Source: Raja brachyura (taxonomy: Eukaryota). From it: 64,000 bases of DNA. Numbering within the stretch: the first letter of the stretch is position 1; each line of letters opens with the position of its first letter. The translations under genes and the position numbers were made by a program. The notes beneath the pieces are model-generated. The model saw only the letters and a program-made list of their open reading frames with translations. It had not been told where the DNA came from and did no database searches. Below are positions 35,575 through 48,589 of the stretch, piece after piece. The stretch is taken from NCBI GenBank assembly GCA_963514005.1, contig OY740818.1, positions 13,330,001 to 13,394,000 of the forward strand, written 5' to 3'.

Positions 35575-36930
35575 GTAGAGCTGCTGCCTCACAGCACCCT
35601 AAGACTCGAGTTCAATCCTGACCTCGGATGCTGTCTGTGTGGAGTTGCACAATCGACCTGTCACTGTCACACTGTGTCAGTGACAGTGTGGATTTCCTCC
35701 GAGTGCTCCCATTTCATCCCCAAGACGTGGGTTTGTAGGCTAAAGGGCCTGTTCCACTTGGCCATCATTTGCGCATCATTTACGCGACCTCCTCGTCGCG
35801 TTGAGACGCACGGGTAGCATGTGGGCGGCGCGGTCGTATGGAGAGGCGCGGAGGGGTATGGAGTTGCGCGTGATATCGCGTGAAGCTCCGCGATTTTGTC
35901 GTGCACAAAATCTTCGCGTGCCTCCAACATGACGCACGCGGATGTATTGTGGTCGCACGCTGTCGTCCTGACCTCGTACGTGCATTATGTACTATCACAA
36001 ATCAACTATCACAAATATTTTGATTGTACATGCTTTTGATGGTGGACTGTAGGTGCATTTTGCGATGGAGTTTGAAATCAGAAAGTCCCCAGAGAATAAA
36101 TCATCTCTATTGAGTCATTTGCCTGTATACATGCAGGTGACATATTGCGGTAGGCAGATCTGCCACGTTTGAGGCTGATGATGAATCATTAAAAATTGCG
36201 AATATTCAGGCACTTGACAGTCTTTTATAGAGTTTAAAACATTTTGTTTAACGGGCAGCTGCACCGATAATTGAGTTCGCGGCGCAAGGTTCAATGTCAA
36301 TGCAAGGTCAGGGAGTCAAAGAACAATATTCGGTATTTTGCTCATACGCTGAGTCGGCTCTGATTATTTTACCTGTTTATTTATTTTTTTTGTTCCAGCT
36401 TCACTCACAACGTGACAAGTTCTTGTCATTTCGAACCTCCATCCCATACCCCCAAGGGAACATGCAAAAGTCACTTAATAGGTGTTTCGCCACTTCCTCA
36501 GTGCGGGGTACCATCCGCAAAACAGCGATTGGAACCAGTACCATTTGTAGTACTGAGCACGGAGCAAACATGTGTATTCCGTGGTGGGGAGGGGAGGGTG
36601 AAAGCATAACCCAAAGCGACCAATTTTCTGAATTACACCACAATTCGAAAGAAACTACAGTATTATGCACTAAACTTTCCACTGGGTTTTCAAATGACGT
36701 CATGCTCTCTAGACGGCTGTGCTGACGCATGAAGACGCGCGTGACAGTCGCTTATCAGGCACTACCGACCTGTCGCGTAAATGACGGCCAAGTGGGACAG
36801 GCCCTTAAATGACCTCTGCAAATTGACCCCTGTGCGTAGTGAGTGGATGAGAATCTGGGATAGCACAGAACTAGTGTGACCAGGTGATCGACAGTCACTA
36901 TGGACTCAGTGGGTTAAACGGCCTGTTTCT
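35575..36930 (+). mobile_element. V-SINE split by a Harbinger element, itself lying within an old CR1 remnant (~35230-37080)
   Basis: SINE head and V-domain 35575-35743 resume at 36809 (atgacctctgcaaattg...ggactcagtggg...ggcctgtttc). Confidence 0.75.
35744..36805. mobile_element. 1062-bp non-autonomous PIF/Harbinger element
   Basis: 31-bp TIR with 3 mismatches, same family as 7290-7503; TAA TSD (35741-35743, 36806-36808); shares subterminal gatttt...cacaaaatcttcgc with 7290-7503. Confidence 0.85.
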
Positions 36931-37322
36931 TTCAATGAACTCTTTCTTTCCTCTGGGCTGTAACCTCTCTGAATTCTAAATTGTGGATAACAGGCCACAG
37001 AATAGAGCTGAAGCCACAATCTTGTTGAACGGGGAAATAAACTCAAGGTGCAAGATAGCCAACTCCTTTTTCCAATTAATATTCACTACCCAAAAAAGCA
37101 GCGGCTTTTAAACTTTTGTGGTGTTTTTCCTTTCGAATAAAATGGTGTTTCCATACACCTTGATGATCACATTTAATGTTCTCATTTCTAAGTACTGAAG
37201 ACTGAAATATTTGTTAAATCATTTAATTGCAATCTGATTTGTTGTATTGTTGAAGCAGATTTGCATGTACCAGTGTACGGCCCTTCCTCTCCTGATATCT
37301 TGTTGATGTGCTTCATCTGCAG

Positions 37323-37498
37323 GGCGTTACGACATTGTGAGCAGTTGATCACACGGTATAATCGGGAAGACAGCAAGATCTGCCTCGCCAACAGCAATTC
37401 TCTTCCTGGGTACAATGCCTCGTGTTATATTGGCAAAGCAGTAGAGGACTGCATGAGAGCCATCTTTGGTGTTCTGCTAAACTTGACCAATGACAATG
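37323..37498 (+). CDS. WAPL: WAPL coding exon 8 (after an 18.8-kb intron)
   Basis: catctgcag|...g|gtaagt; 176 nt; ALRHCEQLITRYNREDSKICLA...GKAVEDCMRAIFGVLLNLTNDN. Confidence 0.96.
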
Positions 37499-38294
37499 GT
37501 AAGTTTCGTCGGAACAAATGCCTGTTCCCTGCCATCTGCGTTAAAGCGTTAAGTAAATAGTGCATAAAATATTACGGTTTGAGACCAAATGTTCTTTCGT
37601 AGTGGATTGTAGGAAACTGCTGGGGTGCATTATTAAGCCAGAAAAACCACAAGTTGTTGCACGTACTTCTAAATTCCTCCAAGTTCAACAAGTTACTCAT
37701 TACTGGCCCTTTGCTTCACTCTTTAAATTGAAAGCGCATTGCCTGAAAATTGACCTAGCTTCCCAACAATGAATGATCAAAGAATTTGTATGCTCAGTAC
37801 CTCCGCATGTCTGCCATATTCGGTGTAGCTCTATAAATATCACTTTACAATAATTGCAGCAGCTGCCAACACCAGTACTGAGCCACCCTGTTGTTGTTCT
37901 GTTCATTTCAACATGGTGCTACCTGTTACCGGCCCATAAAGTTAATTGAGCAGGTTCCTGATAGTGGAGTCTTACCGAAACAATCTGGTAGCATTTAACA
38001 ATGTGCTTTCAATAAAACCACTTCCTCTTCTTTGCAAATTTCAAGTTACTCATTAGGGAAGGTTAAGTTTTCAGTCAGTGACCAGTGGCACCGCTCTCCC
38101 ATAAATTGTGATCGTGGAAATGTATCCAGACTTTATCTCCAAAGAGTACTGTTAGTTTGAGAGACACATTTCCAGCTTAATTGTGTTTGTGGGCAATTAT
38201 TCTGCTGCTTCCCTCCATCTGTGATGTTTAATTAGATTTTACGCACAGCTAACAAAAGGCAAGCATGACTTAAAATTGAGAAAAATCAACGAGC

Positions 38295-38640
38295 CAATTC
38301 TGGAATACAAAACAAAAACGGAAATGAAGACAAACAGCATCCGTAGAAAGAGAAACCAGTTAATGTCTCGGATCGAAGATCCTTCATCAGAACTTAAGGT
38401 TCCCCATTAAGTTCAATAATTATGTACAGTTCCAGGATTTTATAAGATTGCTTTTATCTGATAACTAATTTTGAGGGAACTTAAAATCTGCATTCTTAAT
38501 AATTAATTAAATGTATTCAGGTGAAGGTCTTGGACCTTAAACATTAGCTCTGCTTCTCTTTCCACAGGTGCTGCCTGATCTACTGAGTGTTTCCAATGCG
38601 TTTTATTTCAGATTTGCAGCACCTGCAGTTTGTTTTTGTA
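38295..38640. mobile_element. Older Penelope-like inverted pair with variant hammerhead motif (38362-38390, minus)
   Basis: Minus strand agtt CTGATGA A GGATC-TTC-GATCC GAGA CATT aact; plus arm ggtgaaggtcttggaccttaaacatt...gtgctgcctgatc. Confidence 0.6.
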
Positions 38641-39194
38641 TTTGCATCTATTGTTAGCTTGTTATCTGCAGCTGTTTGTCTTTCCTTTTCACTGGGCTGC
38701 AAAGTACAGTGAAATAATTCTTTACTGCATTGAGCCATGCATTGGAAGCACCAGAGTTCCGCAACCTTCAAATACCGCCCGGCCACTCTGTCAGGCACCT
38801 GTTCCATCTGTGGAAGTGCCTGTGGTTCCTGCATTGCCCTTCTTAGTCACCTCAGTCCCACAAAGCAAGAGTAGAAACAAGTTGTCCGTGAATCCGAAGA
38901 AGAGGTTGGTCAACAGCAATGCAGGCCTGTTTCTCCATAAGGATCACGTGGTAGGCATTCCTACTGTCATGTATTAAATATCTGCCATGGGGTTGGTTAA
39001 GGTGAGGGTGAGTTAAGATATATTTATGGCTTATTTTGGTATGCCCACCAGAGTCTTGCAGTGAAGAGCAATTGCTTCTTTCAATGCTTCTCAACTGGGC
39101 CATGTAATGCAGAGGAGCCCCCGTGCATCAGCAGAGAAAGGAGAGTGCTCTGTTGTTGGTGGGATTGAATGCACCCAGGGTTTGTGTTGACTGG

Positions 39195-39755
39195 TATGCA
39201 ATACGATATTACTTCATTTATTCCAGGAGGGAAATTGATTTGCCAACAGTCATAAAAACACAAAATACATGAAATTAAAGTGTCGAGTGGAAAGGATTGG
39301 GGATGTGCAAAGATTGGGGGGGAGGGGAGTCAGTCTCAGACAACCCCACGACAGAAGGGGGAAGAGTTGAACAGTTTGATAGCCGCAGGGAGAAGTATCT
39401 CCTGCGGTGTTCTGCCCTGCATCTTGGTAGAACCAGTCTATTGCTGAAGATGATCCTCAGACTGACCAGTGTGTCGGTGGTGGGTGTATTGTCCAGGATG
39501 CTCTGCAGTTTGAGGCGCATCCTCCCCTCCAAAACCTCCTCCCATGAATCCAACTCCGCTCCCAGGACAGAGCCAGCCTTCCTGGTGAGATTGTTAATCC
39601 TATCGGCATCTGCGGCCTTTGCCCTGCTGCCCCAGCACACAACAGAGAAGAAGATGCCACTGGCTGCTACCGATTGGCAGAACGTCCGCAGCATCTTACT
39701 GCAGACGTTGAAGGAGCGTAGCCTTCTCAAAAAGTGCAGCCGGCTCTGTCTGCTA
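39195..39755 (-). mobile_element. Rex1/Babar-like LINE 3' fragment
   Basis: ORF 39275-39730: RRLRSFNVCSKML...VCWGS...RINNLTRKAGSVLG...FSNRLVLPRCRAEH. Confidence 0.8.
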
Positions 39756-40193
39756 GCATTCTGCCAAGTATAAATCTGCGAGTATGACTATCTCGAGCTG
39801 TCACGCAACAAACTGTAGTTCAACTCTTCCTTTTAAATCAAGAGTTGTGAGAGTATTTGGTGAGGTTAACTGCTGGATGCAATATTGCAATGTTTGAGGT
39901 TGGTGAGTTTGTGTTCTTTTCAGCATTTACAATGGAACTAAATTATACACTGAAAATTCACAGAACATTTCAGAGCAGTGAGCAGAGAGAACTTACTTGG
40001 GATCCTGAAGTCACAGATCAGACAGGGAAGGGACAGGAAACTTTCTCCACCAACAGCCATCAGTGAATCAGATCGCGTTTTTACCAGAATCTGGTAGCGT
40101 CATGATTAGAATTAGTGGCCCCGACATTGGTTTAAAAGTTTCAGTTTTATTTAATTATTTAAATTTAAAATACCGACAGCCATGTTAAATTAA

Positions 40194-40398
40194 TGCCCTG
40201 TCCCACTTAGGAAACCTGAACGGAAACCTCTGGAGACTTTGCGCCCCACCCAAGGTTTCCGTGCGGTTCCCGGAGGTTTTTGTCAGTCTCCCTAATGGTC
40301 GAAACTGACAAAAACCTCCGGGAACCGCACGGAAACCTTGGGTGGGGCGCAAAGTCTCCAGAGGTTTCCATTCTGTTTTCCTAAGTGAGACAGGGGCA
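40194..40398. mobile_element. Palindromic (fold-back) MITE, relative of 23651-24034
   Basis: Arms 40194-40287 and 40304-40398 with the inner 66 bp perfectly complementary and a 16-nt loop; TTAA on both flanks, so the exact TSD length is ambiguous. Confidence 0.9.
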
Positions 40399-40438
40399 TT
40401 AAAGTCGTTACTGCCTGTCTGGATCAGTGCTCAGGAGG

Positions 40439-40576
40439 ATAGAGGCTGAAGAAGGGTCTCGACCCGAAACATCACCCATTCCTTTTCTTCAGAGATGCTG
40501 CCTGTCCCGCTGAGTTACTCCAGCATTTTGTGTCTATCTTTGGTTTAAACCAGCATTGCAGTTCCTTCCTACACAC
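40439..40576 (+). mobile_element. Short Penelope-derived insert; hammerhead motif 40446-40473 with GTC changed to ATC
   Basis: 15-bp TSD tcagtgctcaggagg / tcaatgctcaggagg (40424-40438, 40577-40591). Confidence 0.85.
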
Positions 40577-40751
40577 TCAATGCTCAGGAGGTCTGGCTTC
40601 TGGCCAATAACCTACCCCCTACATTTCTGTGGGTATCCAACGATGTCTCGCTTATTATTGACGCCATTTATTTGAGAAGTAAACTTATTGCTCATTTTTC
40701 AGTTTGTTCAACTATTCATTACATTGTTACATTGTTCCTTTGCCTTTTTAG

Positions 40752-40867
40752 AGTGGGGCAGCACCAAGACTGGTGAGCAAGACAACCTCATCAGCACAAC
40801 CATGAATTGTGTGCTTCAGGTGCCGCAATACATACCTCAGGAACAGAGATTTGATATTCGAGTACTG
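40752..40867 (+). CDS. WAPL: WAPL coding exon 9
   Basis: ccttttttag-type acceptor at 40750-40751, donor gtaaga; 116 nt; (E)[38 protein letters not shown]. Confidence 0.97.
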
Positions 40868-41171
40868 GTAAGAAAATAACATTATTTCCAGCCCAGCTTC
40901 TCTCCTCTCCTAACATGATAAATAGAATTGTATTTACCAGCTAAGCTCATTCCTCAATGCCTCTTTCAATGTGAATATAATCAACTTCTTTGAACCGGAT
41001 AATCGGTTGCCCCTGTGACATACATTTTGCTCCGAGTGAAGACCAGCAACACCAGTGCTTTGCGTTGATCTCTAAGGAACATAACATGGCAAATCGGACA
41101 CCTGATAGTGATTTAGTCAGTTGCGGTATTGTGTTGATTTGAGTTATCTGCAAGCACAGCACATTAGATAA

Positions 41172-41362
41172 CGTGAAGGCGGGTCTCGACCCGAAACGTC
41201 CCCATTTCCTTCTCTCCAGAAATGCTGCTTGTCCCGCTGAGTTACTCCAGCTTTTTGTGTCTCTTCGGTACTGATTCTGGATGATCAGCCATGATCATAT
41301 TAAATGGCGGTGCTGGCTCAAAGGGCCAAATGGCCTACCCCTGAACCTATTTTCTATGTTTT
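41172..41362 (+). mobile_element. Penelope terminal fragment directly followed by a CR1 tail
   Basis: gggtctcgacccgaaacgtc...gagttactccagc, then gatgatcagccatgatc...cctattttctatg. Confidence 0.75.
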
Positions 41363-42609
41363 TTAATGGTAGGCAAGTTAACTATTATTCAGCTACCCAC
41401 TACACCCTTTAACATGAGAATTTCTGGCATGCTTTCTGCTCATCATCTTCACCGAGGCAGCCTAGTGATAAAGGTGCACAGTGGTATAATTCAGCTAAGG
41501 CCACGGTGTGTGACTCATGTGTCATTAGTTGGTGTCTATTAAGAATTATAACCAAGATTTGTTTGTTCAGCTTGGTGATGTATATCCTCTCAATAATGCT
41601 CAATTTAAATGTGTGAACAAAAGATCTCCAGCCAATATGTTAAAGATTCCAAGCCCTAACTATTAAGAACACATTTTTGTTTTTCCTGAATGGTAAGTAG
41701 ATACACTCCAAGGGATGGTTCTCTCCCGGCTCTTGAATTGAAACCCAAAGGGAGGAATTGAGATCAGCAAAGACCTACAGTGAAGAGGGATGTTGTCTGT
41801 TTCAGATGTTGTCTTTGTCAGATCTTTTGCTTATGTGCCATGAGTTACTGAACACATATCTTTGACCTCAATGATTCTATGATAGACTCCTACCTTCAAT
41901 TTGCAGGATAGAATCATCAAGTAGGGTCCCAAACAGCCTGTGTTATACTCGCTCATTAGACCCAAACAGTGCTTACTGATCAAGCAGACTGTCAGCATGT
42001 AAGTCTCTAATGTGCAGTGAAGGATTCCAAGAATGCTGCAAATGCTTCTGCTGTGATGGCAACGTGACTAATGCAAGATGTTAGCACAGAACCAAGCTAT
42101 AAACTACCTAATAATGCAAAAATAGCAAGTATATGAAGTCTGCAGGTATTACGCAGCAGAGGAGGAGAATAAACACATTTCCAATCGATGACCTGGCATC
42201 AATTCTGATAAAGGGCAATGGGCCTAAAATTTCAACAAATTTCCTCTCCACACGTTTGTGGCCTCGCGTATTGTATGTCACTAATTTCTGTTTTTACTGA
42301 TTGGGGTGATGTCCTGATACCCACTTGCTACTTAAAACTTTAGTGAGGGTGAGAGACCAAAAGATGGGGTCTATGTAGTTGTGGAATTGCAAAGGTAAGA
42401 GCAAGTTCATTGTCTGGTCAAGACAGTTGACCATAGAGGAGGATGGAAAGGTAAAATCTGGACAATACATTCAGCTTGAGATTAGAAAGATCAAGTCGGA
42501 CGGGCGAGTGAAATAAAGCAAGATAAAATTAGGATGTGGATCATTGTACCAAAGCAAAATGCTGCCTGTGATGAAAATCTAAAATTAAAAAACTGAAAAT
42601 GCTATGTGA

Positions 42610-42803
42610 AGGGCCTGTCCCACTTTCACGACCTCTGCCGAGTTTGCCCTTGACTCATACTCGCAGCATGGTCGTAGCAGGCCCTGATGCTTGTCGTAGG
42701 TACTCGTGGCATCACGTAGGTCGGGGCATTTTTTCTAGCATGATGAAAAATGTCCACGAGTAAAAAAGGCCGTGAATTAGGTAGTGCCAGTGGGACAGGC
42801 CCT
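42610..42803. mobile_element. PIF/Harbinger-type MITE, third interior type
   Basis: 15-bp perfect TIR agggcctgtcccact; flanks TGA / TAA. Confidence 0.8.
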
Positions 42804-44004
42804 TAAAGATGCACAGTTTAAGATAGAAAAAAAACCTGTTTTATTTCATATCCAGCATTTACAATATTTTGCTTTTGTGTAATAAAAACAACCATTGTAA
42901 GATGATTGGTACATAATTCAATGCATTGCCTGAAATGGTCTAAAAATGAATAACCAGGAGATCTTAGTGTCTAGACTGAGCATCCGTCAGTGACAGAAAG
43001 ACATGGCTAGGTGCAGCCTGCACACCAGGGGCAGCCTCCTGCTGCCTCAGTCTCTGACGCCTTTTTTTCTTGTACTCGATTTTCTTCTGATCTCACCTCT
43101 TTCCATAATTTTACCTTCCTTTATTTCACTAGTCCTTCTGACTTTATCTTTCTAATCCCTAGCAGTCCGTTCCCCTTGTATCCCATCTCAATTAATTTCA
43201 AGCTCAATATATTGTGCAGCCTTTCCCTCTTCATCTACTTCTGTGGTCAAATGTACTGGGCCACATAGTGAACATGGTCTTAACTTTGCAATTCTGGATC
43301 TACCTGCATCCCTGAGGATTCCTTGGGGGCAGATCCTCAATGAGTTTTGACTTTCATGGATCTTGGTTTCAATGGGTCTTGGCTTTTATCATCTGTGGAA
43401 GTGCTTGGCCAACGCTAGCACTGCCCTGTATGAGGCACTTAGACTCCGAACCGGGTTAATATCTCATTGTAGTCGCAGTGGGGCTGTTGCCCAGTGCCAC
43501 TCATTCCAACGCTGTGTTATCAGAATTATGCAGAGATAATTTTCCATGTTAAATGGAGCTGATCTTGCCAGTAAATTGGATTTTTTTGAAATAATTATCT
43601 TACAGTATCTGTGTGCTGTGAAATGAGCTTTGGTGTGTGGGAGTGGATGGAAAGAGATGTCACTTAACAGAAGGCCAGTGACAGTGGTGTTAGCTCGAGC
43701 TCAGGGAACAGCCTACTGAAGCATAAGCAGCACTGATTCATTCAGTCCCCACGCAGTGGGATGTTCATACCAGCCCAAGGGTGAAAACTGCCTCCGCACT
43801 GTTAAAGGAAATAAACTACTTAAGGTCATCAGATAGGTTGCATTCTCTTCCTCCTGGACCTTGCTTTTGTTCTCGAACTAGCAATAGATCTCAATTGTCA
43901 TCTACATTGGGAAGAACATTTCTCAGATAATTTTTCCCTGCCACAAACACGATACTAGTGGCTGATAGCTTTTGGGTTTAATATTTTATAGTGTCATAAC
44001 TACT

Positions 44005-44572
44005 TTCCAGGCTCCAGTTCTAACACATGTACCATAGAAAGCATTATATCAGGATGCATTACAGCTTGGTTTGAGCACGGCTCCATCCAAGACCGCAAGA
44101 AATTGCAGTTAATCGTGGACACAGCACAGACCACACACAAACCGACCTCCCTTCTGTTGACTACATTTATATCTCACACTGCCAGGGCCTGCAGCATAAT
44201 CAAGGACGAATTGCACCCTGCCACTCCCTATTCTCCCCTCTCCCATCAAGCAAAAGGTATAGAAGTGTGAAAACGCACACCTCCAGATTCAGGGACAGTT
44301 TCTTCCCAGCTGTTATCAGGCAACTGAACCATGCTACCACAACCAGAGAGCAGTGCTGAACTACTATCTACCCCCTTGGTGACCCTCGGACTATCCTTGA
44401 TCGGACTTTGCTGGCTTTATCTTATACTAATCGTTATTCCTGTATCATGTATCTATACACAGTAAATGGCTTGATTGTAATCATGTATTGTCTTTCTGCT
44501 GACTGGGTAGCACTCAACAATAACAAAAGCCTTTCACTGTACCTCAGTACACATGACAATAAACTAAACTGT
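44005..44572 (+). mobile_element. Rex1/Babar-like LINE 3' fragment
   Basis: ttctcccctctcccatcaagcaaaaggtatagaagt...agtttcttcccagctgttatcaggcaactgaac (LPS.KRYRS...SFFPAVIRQLN); tail gacaataaactaaac. Confidence 0.8.
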
Positions 44573-44679
44573 AATACATCTTTCTTGCATGTTTGGAAAT
44601 TTGAATCGTGTATCAGACTGCACAGGACTAAAGACAGTAGTAAAGAAATCAAACTCAATGCTAGCATTTATTTCATGAG

Positions 44680-45082
44680 GGCTTGTATTCAAAACCAGGG
44701 ATGTAATGCTGAGGCTCTAAGGTGCTGGTAAGGCCGCATTTGAAAATCTGAGGCAACACTTCCTCAGATATGGTACAATTTTGGGTACCATATCTGAGGA
44801 AGGATGCGCTGGATCGGGAGAGGGGCCACAAGAGGTTTGCAATAGTCCCAGGGATAAGTAGGTTAACCTGTGATAAGTGTTTGTCGGAACTGGGCTTGTA
44901 GTCGCTGGAGTTTAGAAGGATGAGGGGGCGACCTCATTGGACCTCACAGATGTCAGAGGTTATGGGGGAAGGCAGGAGAATGGGGTTAGGAAGGAGAGAG
45001 AGATCAGCCATGATTGAATGGCGGAGTAGATTTGATGGGCCGAATGACCTAATTTTATTCCTATCACTTCTGACCTTATGAC
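44680..45082 (+). mobile_element. Degenerate, internally deleted CR1 fragment
   Basis: ctggagtttagaaggatgagggg plus tail gatcagccatgattgaatggcgg. Confidence 0.7.
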
Positions 45083-45843
45083 TCCTTAAAGCTTGGGGCG
45101 GTACAATGCTGGCAGTATTCTTCCACACCTCTCAAGACTGATCAATGAGTATTTGCTGCACTTACTGAAACTTATTAGTGTGTCTTTTATATCGGATATG
45201 ATTGAGACGCAAGATTATTGCTTCATTGCTGCTTCAAAACTTTAAAATCTATACTGTGACCCGACAGCGTAGCTTAGTGGTGTATCTGTTTCTCAACTCG
45301 AAGCTCCCCTCCACTGCTGTCTGTGCTGAGTTTGCATGTTGTCTCTATGATTGTCTGGGTTTCCGCAGGGTGCTTCGGTTCCCTTGCACGTCTCCGACAC
45401 ATGCTGCTTAGGTTAATAGCATTGTAAATTATCTCTGCTGTGGATTGCTGCTGTGGGGGGAATCTGAGGGATGCTAATCAGTTTGTCACAGAGGTTTCAG
45501 GCTCTACTGACCAAGTGAAAATATGAAAGGAATGAGGTGAAGGAAATGTAATTACATGAGCTGCCTTCTCAAGATAACATGGAACAAATGAAGCCAGGTC
45601 TTATGAGCAAAGTAATATTGTAGTTTTACAATGAAAGTATTTTACACCACATATTCTGGTACCTTGGCCTTTACTGGTTCACACAGTGTTACTGCTGGCA
45701 AAAAAAAAAAAAAAACTGCTGGAAGATCTCAGCGGGTCAGGCAGCATCTGTGGGGGGAAATGGACAGATGAAGTATCAGGTTGTGATCAGGTTAGGATCC
45801 TTCATACTGTTAATTCAGAATGTCATGTGTTTGTGTTCTGCAG

Positions 45844-46005
45844 GGTCTAGGCCTGCTGATTAATCTGGTCGAGCACAGTGCTCGCAATAGGCACTGTCTT
45901 GTTGACATGGAAACGCCTTGCTCCTTTGATTCATTCTGTGCTGTGGATGGAAACGATAGCTTGCAGATGGAAGGACAGGTGGGAGCTATCGAGGCCTTGG
46001 TGCAG
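45844..46005 (+). CDS. WAPL: WAPL coding exon 10
   Basis: gttctgcag|...|gtgggt; 162 nt; [30 protein letters not shown]...[11 protein letters not shown]. Confidence 0.97.
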
Positions 46006-47257
46006 GTGGGTGCCTGTTATATAAAGATTTCTCTAAGTAAGCCATATGATGAAGTACATCGTGACTTTTTCCATATTATGCAAGTGTGGATATAAATAAG
46101 CCAGGATCACTTATCCTGATCCGGACATAAGACAATGATGACTGTCCTTGTCAAGTAATTTGTCCTGCCTTTCCTGTACAGGAGAAATGTACCTGCTGGC
46201 ATGATCTGCAGCCCTGTACTGCTTTCTCCAACTTATTTCCCACTGACCAAAGGGTCTTGGTTACAAGAGGAGAAAAAGGAAAGAAGTTCACCTGGAGTAT
46301 AAGCAACAGCGCAGTATCGTTGATCCGAATGATCAAATTTACAAGCTGTGTTTTCTATATTATGCTCTTTTGGGTTATGCGAGGTTGCTTTAGTTCGTAT
46401 CTGTACATGACCAACTTTCCAGATTTGCTGATTAAAAACGTGAAGGAAGTGTCGACATTTTGTTCACAGAAATCAGTAACCTTGGATCTGTCTCAGCCCA
46501 GGATCTATGCTCCATATTTGCAGATTAATAAACCGTGCAATTCATCTCACCCTGTAGTATAGGCTCCCAATTCTGTTGCTTCTAATTGCTTCTTGTATTG
46601 AATCTCTTCAGTTAACCTTATAGAGATGGTCTGGAGCACAATAGTCAGATTAATGCAAGTAACTATCTGACTATAGTTACTATGCACTCTTGTTAGATTT
46701 ACAACACATCAAGTGCTGCATCAGATACTTGTCAAATGCAGTGAGGTTTTTTTCTCAGCCACTCTTTCAGGCCTGTGGAACCGCTCTGCAAACAGCTTTC
46801 CTGTCACCAAAATATCTTTCAGCCTCTGCTTCCTGCCATCTGATGATGATTGCATTCAATCCCTTGAATCAGACGGTTTGGCGTAGCCTTGTAAAACGCC
46901 TTGTTAAAATCCATGTTGACTGCTTTGTCCCCTGACTGATTAGCCCCTCAAAAAATTAACTATGTTGACTTTCCATAATTAAGGATTGGTGAGTAACTAT
47001 AGATTTCATTTTTAACTTGCTTTTTTAAATTGAATTTCAACATTTTGAAAACTGATAATTATTTTTTATTCCTTTGTGTCGGAAGTCGAGCTGTTACATT
47101 GAACTGCACCAAATTTTCCCAGGTTGTTAATTGCATCTGTGTGATAAGTTGCCATGTTATATGCTCGTAATGAGCCACTGACTCATCTTTAATCAACTTT
47201 GGCTTCATACATTTTGGTGGGTTGACAAAAGTTTGATGAATTATTTTTCTCTTGCAG

Positions 47258-47462
47258 TTGTTTCTGCAGCGACAACGAGCTGCCCGACTGGCAGAGACTG
47301 AGACTGATGATTTCATCAAAGACACACCAACACCACCTCAGGATCAGAGTGGCCAGTGGCAGGAGACTGCCGGGTCACTGGAATGGGTGCAGTCAGAAAA
47401 TTGCACCAAGAATGATAATGAAAAGAAGGAGGAGGAGGATGAAGAGATCGACTTGAATAAAG
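47258..47462 (+). CDS. WAPL: WAPL coding exon 11
   Basis: ctcttgcag|...g|gtatga; 205 nt; LFLQRQRAARLAETETDDFIKD...SGQWQET...EEEDEEIDLNK. Confidence 0.96.
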
Positions 47463-48336
47463 GTATGAAAGAGGCATTTCACCAAACAGATGCCTTATCA
47501 AAGTGTCACCTCTTCCCCTTCCACAATATTGTTTTTTTTTTAGAATTGTTTCATGTTTCAAATACGTGTTTGCTATAACTCATTAATTGGATTAGGGCAC
47601 GGGTGCGCACATGATATTGTCAAAGCATCTTCACAAAGGTTTATAATTGTTAGCACATTTTTGCTTGCCGTTTGTTCAGAATTTATTTCAGTGTTACATT
47701 TGTGGAAGGAACACGTCAGTCTTTACTAATGGTGGCCATGAATCACCTTCGCTAGCCGGCGGTTATTGTGATGCTGCGCTCCAGTATATTTCTGTGAGGT
47801 TAGAAGGCTTTATTATGGTGTTATATGAGATGCAACGCGCAACACAAAAATCAGCAGGTTTTTCGGGGGTTCTTTGGGTTGGCTCTAATTTCACAATCTC
47901 ACCCTGTGATTGTAATCAGCTGCATATGGGTTTTGCCCTTAGTAACACCATGCTTGTCTTGCGAATAACCAACAGCAACTTTATAGAAAGTTTGCACTGC
48001 AGTATTTGCAAACCTCAAAGTGCTATTTTTTCCAAGTTTTGTGCAACTTGCTCGCCCTCTTTTAAATAGATGTATACGACCTATAAAAGACCGCTGGACC
48101 TCTTTTCAGCTGTGGCTGCTTTCCGACCCCTTCCCGCTGCGGTTATTAGAGCCATTTGTTGCTGAGTCGTCTAATCAGCAGTTGGTTAACAACGCAGTGT
48201 GATAGACGTGTAACACAGTGAGGTGGAAACTCAGTCCAATTTTTGCCCGTTTAAACTGCAACAAGCAGAAGAGGATTTGAACGCTGCCTTTTTTCATCTC
48301 ATTCCACGTAAGCCTGACCAGGGGCTCTGTATCTGA

Positions 48337-48589
48337 GGGAACTGCAGGTGCTGGTTTAAATCGGAGATAGACACAAAATGCTGGAATAACTCAGCGGGAC
48401 TGGCAGCATCTCTGGAGAGAAGGAATGGGTGACGTTGCGAGTCGAGACCCTTCTTCAGACTGATTGTTTCAGGTCGAGACCCTTCTTCGGACTGATCCGT
48501 TTGAAGAAGGGTCTAGACCCGAAAGGTCACCCATCTCCAGAGATGCTGCCTGTCCCGCTGAGTTACTCCAGCATTTTGTGTCTATCTTC
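48337..48589. mobile_element. Penelope-derived fold-back insert with three hammerhead-like cores
   Basis: Minus arm 48337-48464, tandem core duplicate 48466-48496, plus arm 48498-48589; flanks ggctctgtatctga / ggctctatctga. Confidence 0.85.
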
